DNA of 22,238 bases from an uncultured euryarchaeote (GCA_937899865.1 CALBRH010000047.1:1-22238), one strand, 5' to 3'; positions 1 through 9,124 are shown, counted from the stretch's first letter. The notes: generated by a model from the letters alone, not told the origin. Program-made: numbers and translations.

Positions 1-1416
1 AGAATTTCATTAAAAGTTAGAGATACAGATGGTTTGTGGAGTGAATCTAAATCTAGAGATTTCTTGGTCAATGCACCACCGACTTCAATAATTGATACAG
101 TTCGTTCTAATATATATCACAAAGAAAATCCAAGATATGTTACCGTAGATTTATTTGGCAGAGGTTTTGATGATGTCCAGGTAGACAGATGTGAATGGCA
201 AATGGAATATTTGGATAATAATATTCACAATTTGAATATAATGCCAAATAATTGGGAGATTCCTCCACCATGTTCTAACATGGGAATTGGTAACTTAACT
301 CCAGGAAACTATTCAATTTCATTAAGAGTAGTGGATACTTTTGGAGTCTGGAGTGACTGGTCAATTTATCCAGATTATTATGTTGATGATGGCGATAATA
401 TTACTTTCCAAACTGATGTTTATCCACTTGATAATACTCAGTGGTACGATAGAGACAAAGATGGTTGTGGAGATAATGAAGCAGGAACTAATGGAGATGC
501 ATTTCCAAACGATCCTACTGAATGTATAGATACTGATGGAGATGGAGTAGGAGATAATTCAGATTGGGCACCAACTGATGCTTCTGAAACTGCAGATGCT
601 GATGGTGATGGGGTAGGTGATAATGCCGATGCATTCGATGATGATCCTACTGAAACTACTGATTCAGATGGTGATGGAGTAGGGGATAATTCAGATTGGG
701 CGCCAACCGATGCTTCTGAAACTGCAGATGCCGATGGTGATGGAGTAGGAGATAATGCCGATGTATTCCCTACTGATGCAACAGAATCAATTGATACAGA
801 TTCTGATGGCGTAGGTGATAATGCTGATGCATTCCCTACTGATGCAACAGAAACACTTGACACAGACTCTGATGGTGTTGGTGATAATGCTGATGTATTC
901 CCAACAGATGCATCAGAAACAATTGATACAGACTCAGATGGAGTAGGTGACAATTCAGATGCTTTCCCTAATGATGGTAGTGAGACTTTGGATACTGATG
1001 GCGATGGTGTAGGTGATAATGCCGATGCTTTCCCTAATGATGACAGTGAGACTTTGGATACTGATGGCGATGGAGTTGGCGATAATGCTCAAGCGATTGC
1101 CGAGGCTGCTGCCGCTAAGCAAAAGGAAGAAGATGAAAAGCGAAGAAATATTATCATCATTTCAGTAATTGGAGTAATTGTAATTGGTCTTGCTGTCGGT
1201 CTTTTCCTACGCAGAAGAGGTAGTGATGACAGTGATGCTGTGAAAGATTACAACCAAGTTTCAAGTAATTCAGGAGAACAAACTCAAGCAATGACTTCCT
1301 CCAATGAGCTACAAATTATCAATCAATGGACTGATGATTCAGGTTATACTTGGCGAAAAATGAGTGATGAGACCTTCCACTATTGGGATGGTACTCAGTG
1401 GATAAAGCATAGTTGA
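1..1416 (+). CDS. 5'-truncated membrane-anchored surface protein: PKD/Ig-like domains, thrombospondin type-3-like Ca-binding repeats, single TM helix, Trp-rich cytoplasmic tail
   Basis: Frame 1 is open from base 1 (RISLKVRDTDGLWSE..., echoed later by YSISLRVVDTFGVWSDW), so the TTG at 34 is not the true start. DxDGDGVGDNxDxFPxD repeats follow. Hydrophobic IIIISVIGVIVIGLAVGLFL is followed by RRR. The tail is QWTDDSGYTWRKMSDETFHYWDGTQW. Stop TGA at 1414-1416. Confidence 0.85.
   Translation, partial: RISLKVRDTDGLWSESKSRDFLVNAPPTSIIDTVRSNIYHKENPRYVTVDLFGRGFDDVQVDRCEWQMEYLDNNIHNLNIMPNNWEIPPPCSNMGIGNLTPGNYSISLRVVDTFGVWSDWSIYPDYYVDDGDNITFQTDVYPLDNTQWYDRDKDGCGDNEAGTNGDAFPNDPTECIDTDGDGVGDNSDWAPTDASETADADGDGVGDNADAFDDDPTETTDSDGDGVGDNSDWAPTDASETADADGDGVGDNADVFPTDATESIDTDSDGVGDNADAFPTDATETLDTDSDGVGDNADVFPTDASETIDTDSDGVGDNSDAFPNDGSETLDTDGDGVGDNADAFPNDDSETLDTDGDGVGDNAQAIAEAAAAKQKEEDEKRRNIIIISVIGVIVIGLAVGLFLRRRGSDDSDAVKDYNQVSSNSGEQTQAMTSSNELQIINQWTDDSGYTWRKMSDETFHYWDGTQWIKHS
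448..1086 (+). repeat. Intragenic tandem array of 66-nt (22-aa) TSP3-like repeats: 1 degenerate unit, 8 full units and 1 half unit
   Basis: Units begin at 529 and recur every 66 nt to 1057. Consensus is D[TAS]D[GS]DGVGDN[AS]D[AVW][FA]P[TN]D..E[TS].; the degenerate first unit starts at 448 (DRDKDGCGDN). Confidence 0.9.
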
Positions 1417-1419
1417 AGC

Positions 1420-2826
1420 TTAAGGGCTGACTCGTTTTCTATCCCTTGGGAATAGAACAGTTTCTCTTACGTTCTTTGCACCAGTCAATTTCATCAAAAT
1501 TCTTTCTACACCAAGTCCCCAACCAGCGTGAGGTGGAACACCATGCCTAAATCCAGCAACATAGAATTCGAATTCCTCTGGATCTAAGTCCATTTTCTTA
1601 AGATTGTCAATCAATACATCCATTCGATGCTCACGCTGACCTCCAGAAGTCAACTCGTCTCTACCAAAATTGAGGTCGAATCCACGGCTTAATTGGTCAC
1701 CTGTTGAACCATCTTCCCCCTCTACGTGGTGGATATAAAACGGCTTTAGTGCCATTGGCCAACGTGGTAGGAAGTAAAATTGAGGTAAGTCTTCTGCGAG
1801 CAGGTCGGAGTTCTCAGCATCAATATCATCTCCCCATTCAATTTCACCACCTTTTTCTTTTATGATTTTGATTGCGTCACAGTAAGAAACACGCGGGAAA
1901 GGAAGTTCAGGGACAATAACCTCTACTGCTTCTTCGCCTTTACTTGCACGGTATTCATTGATAGTTGCAATATATGATTGAGATTCTTCATCATCTGCTA
2001 TTGATTGCCACATGTGGTGAATCATTCTTTCAAGAACTCCCATGACGTCATCGTCAGTTGCCCATGAACATTCAATATCAAAAGAGATAAATTCGTTTAG
2101 ATGTCTGTAAGTGTCATGCTTTTCTGCTCTAAATGCAGGCCCAATTTCGAATACTCTTTCCAAGCCTCCAGACATACATAATTGCTTGAATAATTGCGGA
2201 GACTGGTTGAGGAACGCAGGCGTGTCAAAATATTGCATAGGGAAAAGGTCTGTACCACCTTCAGTTGCAGTTGCTACGATCTTAGGTGTGTGGGTTTCAA
2301 AGAATCCTTCACTTATTAGTGCCTCTCTGCCATATTGTAGTACCTTTCCTCTTAATCTAAACATTGCAGCAATATGGGCTCTACGTAAGTCAAGGAATCT
2401 ATTATCTAATCTTGTATCAAGTTCTACATGTACTGTATCTGTGACACCAAGTGGAAGTGGTGCTTCAGCCTTAGCAATGACTTCTACTGAAGTAGCGATA
2501 ACTTCGTATGCAGGAGGTGGAGGAGTTTCTCCTTCCTTTAATTTCGGAGGTCGCTTTTCAGAAACCTTGCCAGTAAATTGTAGAGTAGATTCACGGGTCA
2601 TTCTTTGGACCATATCAAGTGCTTCTTCGCCGATATTATCAGCCTTCAAGAAAATTTGAGTCTTGCCAGTACCGTCACGAAGATCGACAAAGCAGATTGC
2701 ACCTTTACCTCTATTCGCTTCCATGAAACCAGCAACAACGACTTCATTATCTATCAAGTTAGCACCATTGGTCTGTATTTCACCTAATGTGTGGGTGCGA
2801 TAATGGGTTGGTACATAGTTGCTCAT
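1420..2826 (-). CDS. aspS: Aspartyl-tRNA synthetase, archaeal type
   Basis: N-terminal YRTH and OB-fold anticodon domain; ELDTRLDNRFLDLR, TPKI..TATEGG..LFP..YF, QSPQLFKQ, motif 2 FRAE...RHLNEF, motif 3 PPHAGWGLGVER and FPRD. Start moved from 2856 to the ATG at 2826 (MSNYVPTHYRTH) by similarity of the N-terminus; exact start uncertain. Confidence 0.97.
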   Translation of the reverse strand: MSNYVPTHYRTHTLGEIQTNGANLIDNEVVVAGFMEANRGKGAICFVDLRDGTGKTQIFLKADNIGEEALDMVQRMTRESTLQFTGKVSEKRPPKLKEGETPPPPAYEVIATSVEVIAKAEAPLPLGVTDTVHVELDTRLDNRFLDLRRAHIAAMFRLRGKVLQYGREALISEGFFETHTPKIVATATEGGTDLFPMQYFDTPAFLNQSPQLFKQLCMSGGLERVFEIGPAFRAEKHDTYRHLNEFISFDIECSWATDDDVMGVLERMIHHMWQSIADDEESQSYIATINEYRASKGEEAVEVIVPELPFPRVSYCDAIKIIKEKGGEIEWGDDIDAENSDLLAEDLPQFYFLPRWPMALKPFYIHHVEGEDGSTGDQLSRGFDLNFGRDELTSGGQREHRMDVLIDNLKKMDLDPEEFEFYVAGFRHGVPPHAGWGLGVERILMKLTGAKNVRETVLFPRDRKRVSP

Positions 2827-2946
2827 GAATGTCCGGGAATAGACATAGGTCATCAAAGGTTCGATGGAATATTTTGATAATCAATAGAGAATTAATTGCT
2901 AAATTATAACTAAAAAGAATATTGGCTAACAAGTTTTAACGATTCA

Positions 2947-2955
2947 TTCATAAAG
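2947..2955 (+). promoter_or_regulatory. Putative TATA-like box of metK (likely leaderless transcript)
   Basis: TTCATAAAG ends about 22 nt before the ATG at 2977, the same spacing seen upstream of 9220, 12797 and 16569. Confidence 0.35.
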
Positions 2956-2976
2956 TGGTTGTTGCCGCCACCGGCT

Positions 2977-4221
2977 ATGACTGAAGTATTATTTTCCTCT
3001 GAATCTGTTACCAGCGGACATCCTGACAAGTTATGTGATGCAATTTCCGATGCTATTGTAGATGCTTGTTTAGCAATTGATAGTAATGCAAGAGTAGCAG
3101 TTGAAACATGTGTTAAGGGTAAAGAAGACATGGGTTTGATCGTACTTGCTGGAGAGGTTTCGCTCAACGGAGAAGTTCCAGATTATGAGGCAATTGCTCG
3201 CCAAGCAGGTTCGAAAATTGGTTATACTTCTCACGCCATTGGAATGGATGCTACTAATCCTGAAGTCTGTGAAGTACAGGTACATATCACAACACAATCT
3301 GCTAATATTGCTCAAGGAGTCAACAAAGATGGTCTAGACCAAGGGGCAGGTGACCAAGGTATGATGTTTGGTTATGCTTGTGAAGAAACAGAAGCCTATG
3401 ATGGACTTAAAGGGAGATATTTCCCCCTTGCAGCAGCGCTATCTCAAAGACTCTCTAGAAGGCTAACTACAGTACGAGAACAAGGGATACTTCCATGGTC
3501 AAGACCTGATGGCAAATCCCAAGTAACCGTTCAATATGATGCTGAAGGCAATATAGAAAAAGTTCACACTGTTGTAATCGCTATTCAGCATGACAATGAT
3601 TTGAAGAGTCAATTTGGTGGCTCAGAGACAGAAGAATTAGCCTATGTAGAGCAACAAATCAAAGAGCATGTCGTTGAACATTCTATTCCTGCTGAATTAT
3701 TGACTGGTGGATACAAGTTAGTAGTAAATGGTACAGGTCGATTTGCAGACCCTGGTGGCCCTTATGCTGATGCAGGTCTGACAGGAAGAAAAATTATTGT
3801 TGATACTTATGGAGGAATGGGTAGACACGGTGGTGGCGCTTTCTCAGGCAAAGATCCATCAAAAGTAGATCGCTCAGCAGCCTACGCTTCAAGATGGGCA
3901 GCAAAGCACGTTGTTGCTGCAGGTTTGGCTTCACGTTGTGAGATTCAGTTAGCTTATGTAATCGGCGTTGCAGAACCGGTGAGTGTTAGGGTCGAAACCT
4001 TTGGCACATCTTCCTTGAGTGAGGCAGAGGTTGCAAACAGAGTAAGAAATGTCTTTGATTTTAGGCCAGGAGCAATTTCTCGAGATCTTAAATTACAAGT
4101 GCCAATTTATTCAATCACTGCCGCAGGTGGCCATTTTGGACGCGTTCCAACCGATAAAGGCGAATTCCCTTGGGAAGTAATTGATGAGTCTCGTATTCGA
4201 GCCTTACAAGATGGTCAATGA
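2977..4221 (+). CDS. metK: S-adenosylmethionine synthetase (methionine adenosyltransferase), bacterial/eukaryotic family
   Basis: Signatures ESVTSGHPDKLCD, GAGDQGMMFGYA, RPDGKSQVTV, DAGLTGRKIIVDTYGG and GGGAFSGKDPSKVDRS. ATG at 2977 (MTEVLFSSESV) preferred over the TTG at 2959. Confidence 0.97.
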   Translation: MTEVLFSSESVTSGHPDKLCDAISDAIVDACLAIDSNARVAVETCVKGKEDMGLIVLAGEVSLNGEVPDYEAIARQAGSKIGYTSHAIGMDATNPEVCEVQVHITTQSANIAQGVNKDGLDQGAGDQGMMFGYACEETEAYDGLKGRYFPLAAALSQRLSRRLTTVREQGILPWSRPDGKSQVTVQYDAEGNIEKVHTVVIAIQHDNDLKSQFGGSETEELAYVEQQIKEHVVEHSIPAELLTGGYKLVVNGTGRFADPGGPYADAGLTGRKIIVDTYGGMGRHGGGAFSGKDPSKVDRSAAYASRWAAKHVVAAGLASRCEIQLAYVIGVAEPVSVRVETFGTSSLSEAEVANRVRNVFDFRPGAISRDLKLQVPIYSITAAGGHFGRVPTDKGEFPWEVIDESRIRALQDGQ

Positions 4222-4267
4222 TTGACTAAATCAAGTCCAAATCTCCGATTCACTCAAGAGGGGGTTC

Positions 4268-7200
4268 ATGCTGGGTCAACTTGGTCTTATGTCGCGTACT
4301 GCATCAAAAGCAATGTTGTTTGTTATCCTAATGGTATCTGCAAGCGTAACTCCTATGGTAGGTAGCGCCAGTGCAAGTGATACAATTCTTTTGTCGCTTG
4401 ATACACCCCATATTGTGATGCAGGGTGGCGATTCAACCAATGCAACACTCACTATTGAGAACAATGGCTCTTCGATTGAAAATTACAATATTTCCTTAGA
4501 AACCGACGATTTGAGTGATGTTTGGCACATAAATTTAGTTAACAATACTACCAGTTCTGTAATACCAACACAAAGCACATCAGTAGATTTAGTAATTGTC
4601 TTAGATATTGGAGCACTACCTTCGGACAGTGGTTCATTTGTAGTAAATGTAAGTGAACAGGATGGAGATTTGTATAGTACAATGACTGCATATGTGACAG
4701 TAGAGCCGTCCTATGCTTCATCATTAGCATTTAATTCCATGAATGGCCCACTGCAACAAATGTATGCTGGGACTTCGGCAAATTACACTATTGATGTAAA
4801 CAATGACGGAAATGCACCAGACACAATTTTACTCGATGTTGACGCTGAGCCTGATTTAGCGAGTTTTTGGGCCAACCACACAAATAACACCAATAATCAA
4901 AATAACAATTCAATAGTCGATGTTCCTGAAAACATACTTATGTATGGTAATACTCTAATTTCAAACAATAATGTTAATGTAATGTTGGCCGATATTTTTG
5001 ATTCTGTTGGTGAGCACAATTCGACAATTGCTAATACCGGAATTTCGGGTTATGACTTACCAATGCATTTGAATGACATCAATACAAGTGGCAATGTATG
5101 GAATACGAGTCTAAGAGATTCGGGTCATACTTGGGATCTAGTTGTGTTTCATGACCAAAGCCAGACTCCGGGTTATCCTCGGTCGAATTCAGAGTGGATT
5201 GAAAGCAAGGATGCAGGTATAGAACTTGCAAACATAATTGAGTCTGAAGGTTCAGAAGTCATGCTGATGATGACATGGGGATTCAGGAACGGAGATTCCC
5301 TAAACCCTATGCTTTATTCCAATTTTACAAATATGCAGGAACGATTGGAGGATGGATATACTGATTATCATGACAATATGACAACTCCAACTAGAGATGT
5401 TTGGATTGCTCCAGTTGGCTTAGCATATGAGAACGTTTACTACCGAGTAATGGATGATGGGGGAACACCTTCATTGCCTGGCAATACTTTCTACGAACTC
5501 TACGATAGTAATGGAAGGGAGCCATCTCTAACAGGTTCCTATCTTGCAGCTTGTGTCCTTTATGCCTCGATGACTGGAAATGCTTCTGTGGAGACCAATG
5601 ACACAATTGCCTTGTCAGCGGCATTGAAACTTGAATTGCAGCAAGCAGCCGATGATACTGTTTTCAATCAAACAAGTGACATTGAATATCCTTGGCAACA
5701 ATCATCAAGTCCATCTATAATGAGTCAATCACGAACAATTCCTCCGGGATGGAATTTGGTTTTTGCTGACCAAGAATTAAGCAATATGCCTGCTGGTAGC
5801 ACCTCTCAAACAACTATTCAGGTGTCAATACCTAGTGATGCAGCACCTGGTTTCTATGGTTTCAATTTATTTTCAGCCTCAACTAATGGTAATACTTCAA
5901 ACAGTTACACATTTGTTGTAGAGGTACTTGCTGAAAACAACTTAAGTTTCTCTTTCCTTGACCAAGATTCTGATTTCATCCCTGGTCAAATTTCTACAAC
6001 TTCGATTCAAGTAACTAATACTGGAAATTCGGAATTGGATTTAAATTGGCAATTAGAAGTTACTTCTGGCCCATGTGTTGTACAATTAATTGATGCTATG
6101 ACCAATGATTTATCGCCTGGAGCATCGGAAAATATCGGATTCACTTTAGATGTTGATTCTACAGCAACTAAATCTGATGAATGTGTATTATCGCTTGATG
6201 GTGAAGGCATGTATGGCGATTACTCATATGATGCCGAAGCATATGAATTCAACATAGGTATTGATGAACTAATCGTGTTTGAATTATATTCTCCAACTGC
6301 AGGAGTAATTGATTTGACTCCTCAAAATCCGGAACAATATGAGATTAGAGTTTACAATAATGGTAGTGAGTTAGTAGAATTTTTCTTAGATATTGATGAT
6401 GATTCACCACTCAGCACCTCATTGATTAGCAGTAGTAGTGTGAATGTTTCCGCAGGTGGAATTGGAGTTTGGACATTGGTTACAGATATAGCAAACGGGT
6501 TTGTTGGCGCTTATTCTCAAGGATTTACATCGACATATTCTGATTCATCAAGTACCTCAACCGTTGACTTTGATATTCAGCCGGTAGCAAATTTCTCAAT
6601 GAGTGGTCCATTAGATGGAAGAATTTCAACCAAGCCAGGTGAATCGGTTGATGTCCAATTGTCTATAATTAATACTGGAACTATGGATTTGGATTTGACC
6701 GCATCTGTTGCAGGGTTGCCAACCGGTGCAGATGCTACGTTTTCAAGTACTGAAGTTGACCTTGATACCGGTATTACTTCTACAGTGACAATGAGTGTAA
6801 GTATGATTTCTACAGCTCAGTCAGGCTCATATCCTCTCAACATTACCTATTCATCAGTCGAATTTTCGCAATCATTGAGTCTCGAATTACAAGTTGCAGA
6901 TAGTGTTGGTTTGACTGTAAATTCAATCAACAATAATATTGCTGCAGGTCCTATTTCAGAAGTTATTTACACATTTGAAGTGACGAACCTTGGTTCTGCA
7001 TCAGATACTTTCTTTGTAGCATTAGACTTTGATGAAAATAACAATGCATCTAGTTGGTTTGATACTACATTATCTACTTCCTCAATTAATCTAGATCCAT
7101 CTTCAACTCAAGCAGTTACTATTTCTATTAGAGAGAGAGTTGCTGGTGCTCCAACAAGCGGTTGTGATGTTGGAATAATAGTGACATCTTCTAATGATGA

Positions 7201-8323
7201 TACAGTCTCATCAGCAATAGGCTTCAAGATTATTCCAATTCAAGCAAGTGCTCAAATTACGGTTTTATCTGGCGATGATAGTGCCAAGCCTGGTGAAGCC
7301 ATCAGTGGAGATGTAGTAGTAACAAACACAGGTACTGGAGAGGATCAATTCCTATTAACAACAATCGGTGAAGACTGTGGCCTTTCTGAAATATTTACAC
7401 TTTCAGCAGGCGCTTCATCTCAAGTCTTTTCTTGGAGTTGTACAATTGATTCAGGTGCAAGCGCAGGTTCGTCATCATTAACTTTTAGAGTTACTAGTAA
7501 CGCAAGAAGTAATTATGTTGTCGAAGAAGTTGAGAGTTTTACAGTGGAAGAAAATTGGGATAATGATGATATTCTCGAAATTTCATTCAAAGATGAATCA
7601 TTATCAATGGCGTCATCGGGTGGTTCCTCAACAACTATCACAGTGAAAAATAAGGCCAATGCGCCAGTAAATGGAAATTTATTCATTATTGGAAATGACA
7701 CATCACTATTCGACATCATATTGACTCCAGTGAATTCAGAGACACCTTCTGATGAATTTACCTTGGCCAATGGACAAAGTGCTGAATTTGAAATTTTGAT
7801 TAATTCAAGAGTCTCAGAATCAGAATCCGCTTTATTGAGTATCTCAGCAACTGTAGTGATAGGTGGAGTTGGATATCCTGCGGAATCAAATAATGAGTTA
7901 GTTATCATGATAGATGGCCCGGAGTTGCCACCAAATGGTGTGGAATTACCGTTCGGAGTAGTACTTGATGAGCAGCAATCTATTTCTGCTATGGTTGGTG
8001 GATGGGTATTTGCAATCCTATTACTCGTGCTTATGAATTTCTTAAGGAAGCGTAGAAAAATCGCTTCTGTCAAAGCTACGATTGAAGAGGCTGGTGAACA
8101 AGAGGAAAGCAAGCCCGATAAGAAACCTAAGAAAAAGGAAGAAAAGACAATTAAAGCACACAAGTTACAATCTAATGAATGTCGAATGACACCAGATAAC
8201 AAGGTTATCTGCCCATTCTGTGAAGCAAAACTTGGTGTTCCAAGAGGCAGTATTCCACCATTCAAGTTTAGCTGTCCACAATGTGACAAGAAGATTAGAG
8301 TTGTTGAGAATCAAAAGTTCTGA
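4268..8323 (+). CDS. Large membrane-anchored surface protein: signal peptide, tandem NEW3/NPCBM-associated-like Ig domains, inserted SGNH-like (DUF4886-like) domain, TM helix, cytoplasmic zinc ribbon
   Basis: Signal peptide ending ...ASA|SDT. Repeated V.N.G...D/L....L..G.S.....V...A..G.Y pattern. SGNH-like blocks ILMYGNT, WDLVVFHDQS, MLMMTWG, IAPVGLA and PSLTGSYLAAC. TM VGGWVFAILLLVLMNFL followed by RKRRK. Tail CPFC-x17-CPQC. Start could be 4268 or 4289. Confidence 0.8.
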   Translation: MLGQLGLMSRTASKAMLFVILMVSASVTPMVGSASASDTILLSLDTPHIVMQGGDSTNATLTIENNGSSIENYNISLETDDLSDVWHINLVNNTTSSVIPTQSTSVDLVIVLDIGALPSDSGSFVVNVSEQDGDLYSTMTAYVTVEPSYASSLAFNSMNGPLQQMYAGTSANYTIDVNNDGNAPDTILLDVDAEPDLASFWANHTNNTNNQNNNSIVDVPENILMYGNTLISNNNVNVMLADIFDSVGEHNSTIANTGISGYDLPMHLNDINTSGNVWNTSLRDSGHTWDLVVFHDQSQTPGYPRSNSEWIESKDAGIELANIIESEGSEVMLMMTWGFRNGDSLNPMLYSNFTNMQERLEDGYTDYHDNMTTPTRDVWIAPVGLAYENVYYRVMDDGGTPSLPGNTFYELYDSNGREPSLTGSYLAACVLYASMTGNASVETNDTIALSAALKLELQQAADDTVFNQTSDIEYPWQQSSSPSIMSQSRTIPPGWNLVFADQELSNMPAGSTSQTTIQVSIPSDAAPGFYGFNLFSASTNGNTSNSYTFVVEVLAENNLSFSFLDQDSDFIPGQISTTSIQVTNTGNSELDLNWQLEVTSGPCVVQLIDAMTNDLSPGASENIGFTLDVDSTATKSDECVLSLDGEGMYGDYSYDAEAYEFNIGIDELIVFELYSPTAGVIDLTPQNPEQYEIRVYNNGSELVEFFLDIDDDSPLSTSLISSSSVNVSAGGIGVWTLVTDIANGFVGAYSQGFTSTYSDSSSTSTVDFDIQPVANFSMSGPLDGRISTKPGESVDVQLSIINTGTMDLDLTASVAGLPTGADATFSSTEVDLDTGITSTVTMSVSMISTAQSGSYPLNITYSSVEFSQSLSLELQVADSVGLTVNSINNNIAAGPISEVIYTFEVTNLGSASDTFFVALDFDENNNASSWFDTTLSTSSINLDPSSTQAVTISIRERVAGAPTSGCDVGIIVTSSNDDTVSSAIGFKIIPIQASAQITVLSGDDSAKPGEAISGDVVVTNTGTGEDQFLLTTIGEDCGLSEIFTLSAGASSQVFSWSCTIDSGASAGSSSLTFRVTSNARSNYVVEEVESFTVEENWDNDDILEISFKDESLSMASSGGSSTTITVKNKANAPVNGNLFIIGNDTSLFDIILTPVNSETPSDEFTLANGQSAEFEILINSRVSESESALLSISATVVIGGVGYPAESNNELVIMIDGPELPPNGVELPFGVVLDEQQSISAMVGGWVFAILLLVLMNFLRKRRKIASVKATIEEAGEQEESKPDKKPKKKEEKTIKAHKLQSNECRMTPDNKVICPFCEAKLGVPRGSIPPFKFSCPQCDKKIRVVENQKF

Positions 8324-9124
8324 TCAACGCTTGTGAGCAATTAGTAAAAATGCTGTATGTCCAAATGGACCGTTTACTGGTCTCATGCCACCTTTTGATG
8401 CCTTGCCCCATTGTCTTTCCATCAGTTCTCCAGCCCATTCAATATGCAAATTATTTGCTTCACATGCATCCCATGCTCTCTCAACTTGACTTGTGACTGG
8501 ACAGTAGCATGCAATTCTACCACCAGGTTTCAGTAAACCTGCAACCGAATTTATTGCAACATCATGGTTTGGTAAGTCTAAGATTATTCCATCAACTTGG
8601 GATGATACTTGCTTAATTTTTTCAACAACTTCAGTAATATCACCCGAAATATGATGATGATTAGGGAATTGTGACAAGCATTTCTTGGCACGATTTAGAT
8701 TTTCTAGGCCGACTTCAGCATGTTCATCTCTTGCCTCTACGGTTATCAAAAAACCAGTATCACCTAAAACTCTTGCAAGATGAAGAGACAGGCCGCCACT
8801 CCCTAATCCAGCCTCCAATATTGTATCCCCTGGACCAATGCCCAATCTTGTGATGAGTACACCAGCATCTTTGGCAGAAATGGTTTGTGCTCTTCTCTTC
8901 ATTCCACGGTAAAGTTCTGGGAGTCTAGGATTTAATTTGGTTAGGATCTTTTGTCCGATGATAATCTTATCACCCACTTTAGAATCTCCAATAGTATCAA
9001 TTGGATTTAATACGCCGAGTCCTTTGATTTTCACCATTTCATCGATGAGTTGAAGGAAGAAAATTTTTCCTCCTTCTTCCTCTAAAGCCACCCATTCTGT
9101 TGAACTCACAAACTTTGCTGGCAA
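8324..9124 (-). CDS. trmI: tRNA (adenine-N1)-methyltransferase, TrmI/Gcd14 family (m1A57/58)
   Basis: MKRRAQTISAKD, SAM-binding ILEAGLGSGGLS, DGIILDLP, YCPVTSQV and C-terminal GHTAFL. Start is TTG 9124 or possibly GTG 9109. Confidence 0.88.
   Translation of the reverse strand: MPAKFVSSTEWVALEEEGGKIFFLQLIDEMVKIKGLGVLNPIDTIGDSKVGDKIIIGQKILTKLNPRLPELYRGMKRRAQTISAKDAGVLITRLGIGPGDTILEAGLGSGGLSLHLARVLGDTGFLITVEARDEHAEVGLENLNRAKKCLSQFPNHHHISGDITEVVEKIKQVSSQVDGIILDLPNHDVAINSVAGLLKPGGRIACYCPVTSQVERAWDACEANNLHIEWAGELMERQWGKASKGGMRPVNGPFGHTAFLLIAHKR

Noticed and set aside
438-953. 171-aa minus-strand ORF with SPTPS repeats
   Set aside because: Antisense shadow of the TSP3 repeat array; the periodicity is fully explained by the plus-strand gene.
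529-1086. Regular direct repeats as a possible CRISPR array
   Set aside because: Repeats are in-frame 66-nt coding units with synonymous variation, no unique spacers and no cas genes.
2111-2659. 182-aa plus-strand ORF, and the other nested ORFs of 60-131 aa in the track (e.g. 11394-11654, 13204-13575, 14431-14826, 19329-19700, 20780-21043)
   Set aside because: All are antisense or out-of-frame within well-supported genes and lack motifs or initiation signals.
7513-8289. 258-aa minus-strand ORF
   Set aside because: Lies wholly antisense to the 1351-aa gene, has Ser-rich shadow composition and no recognisable motif.
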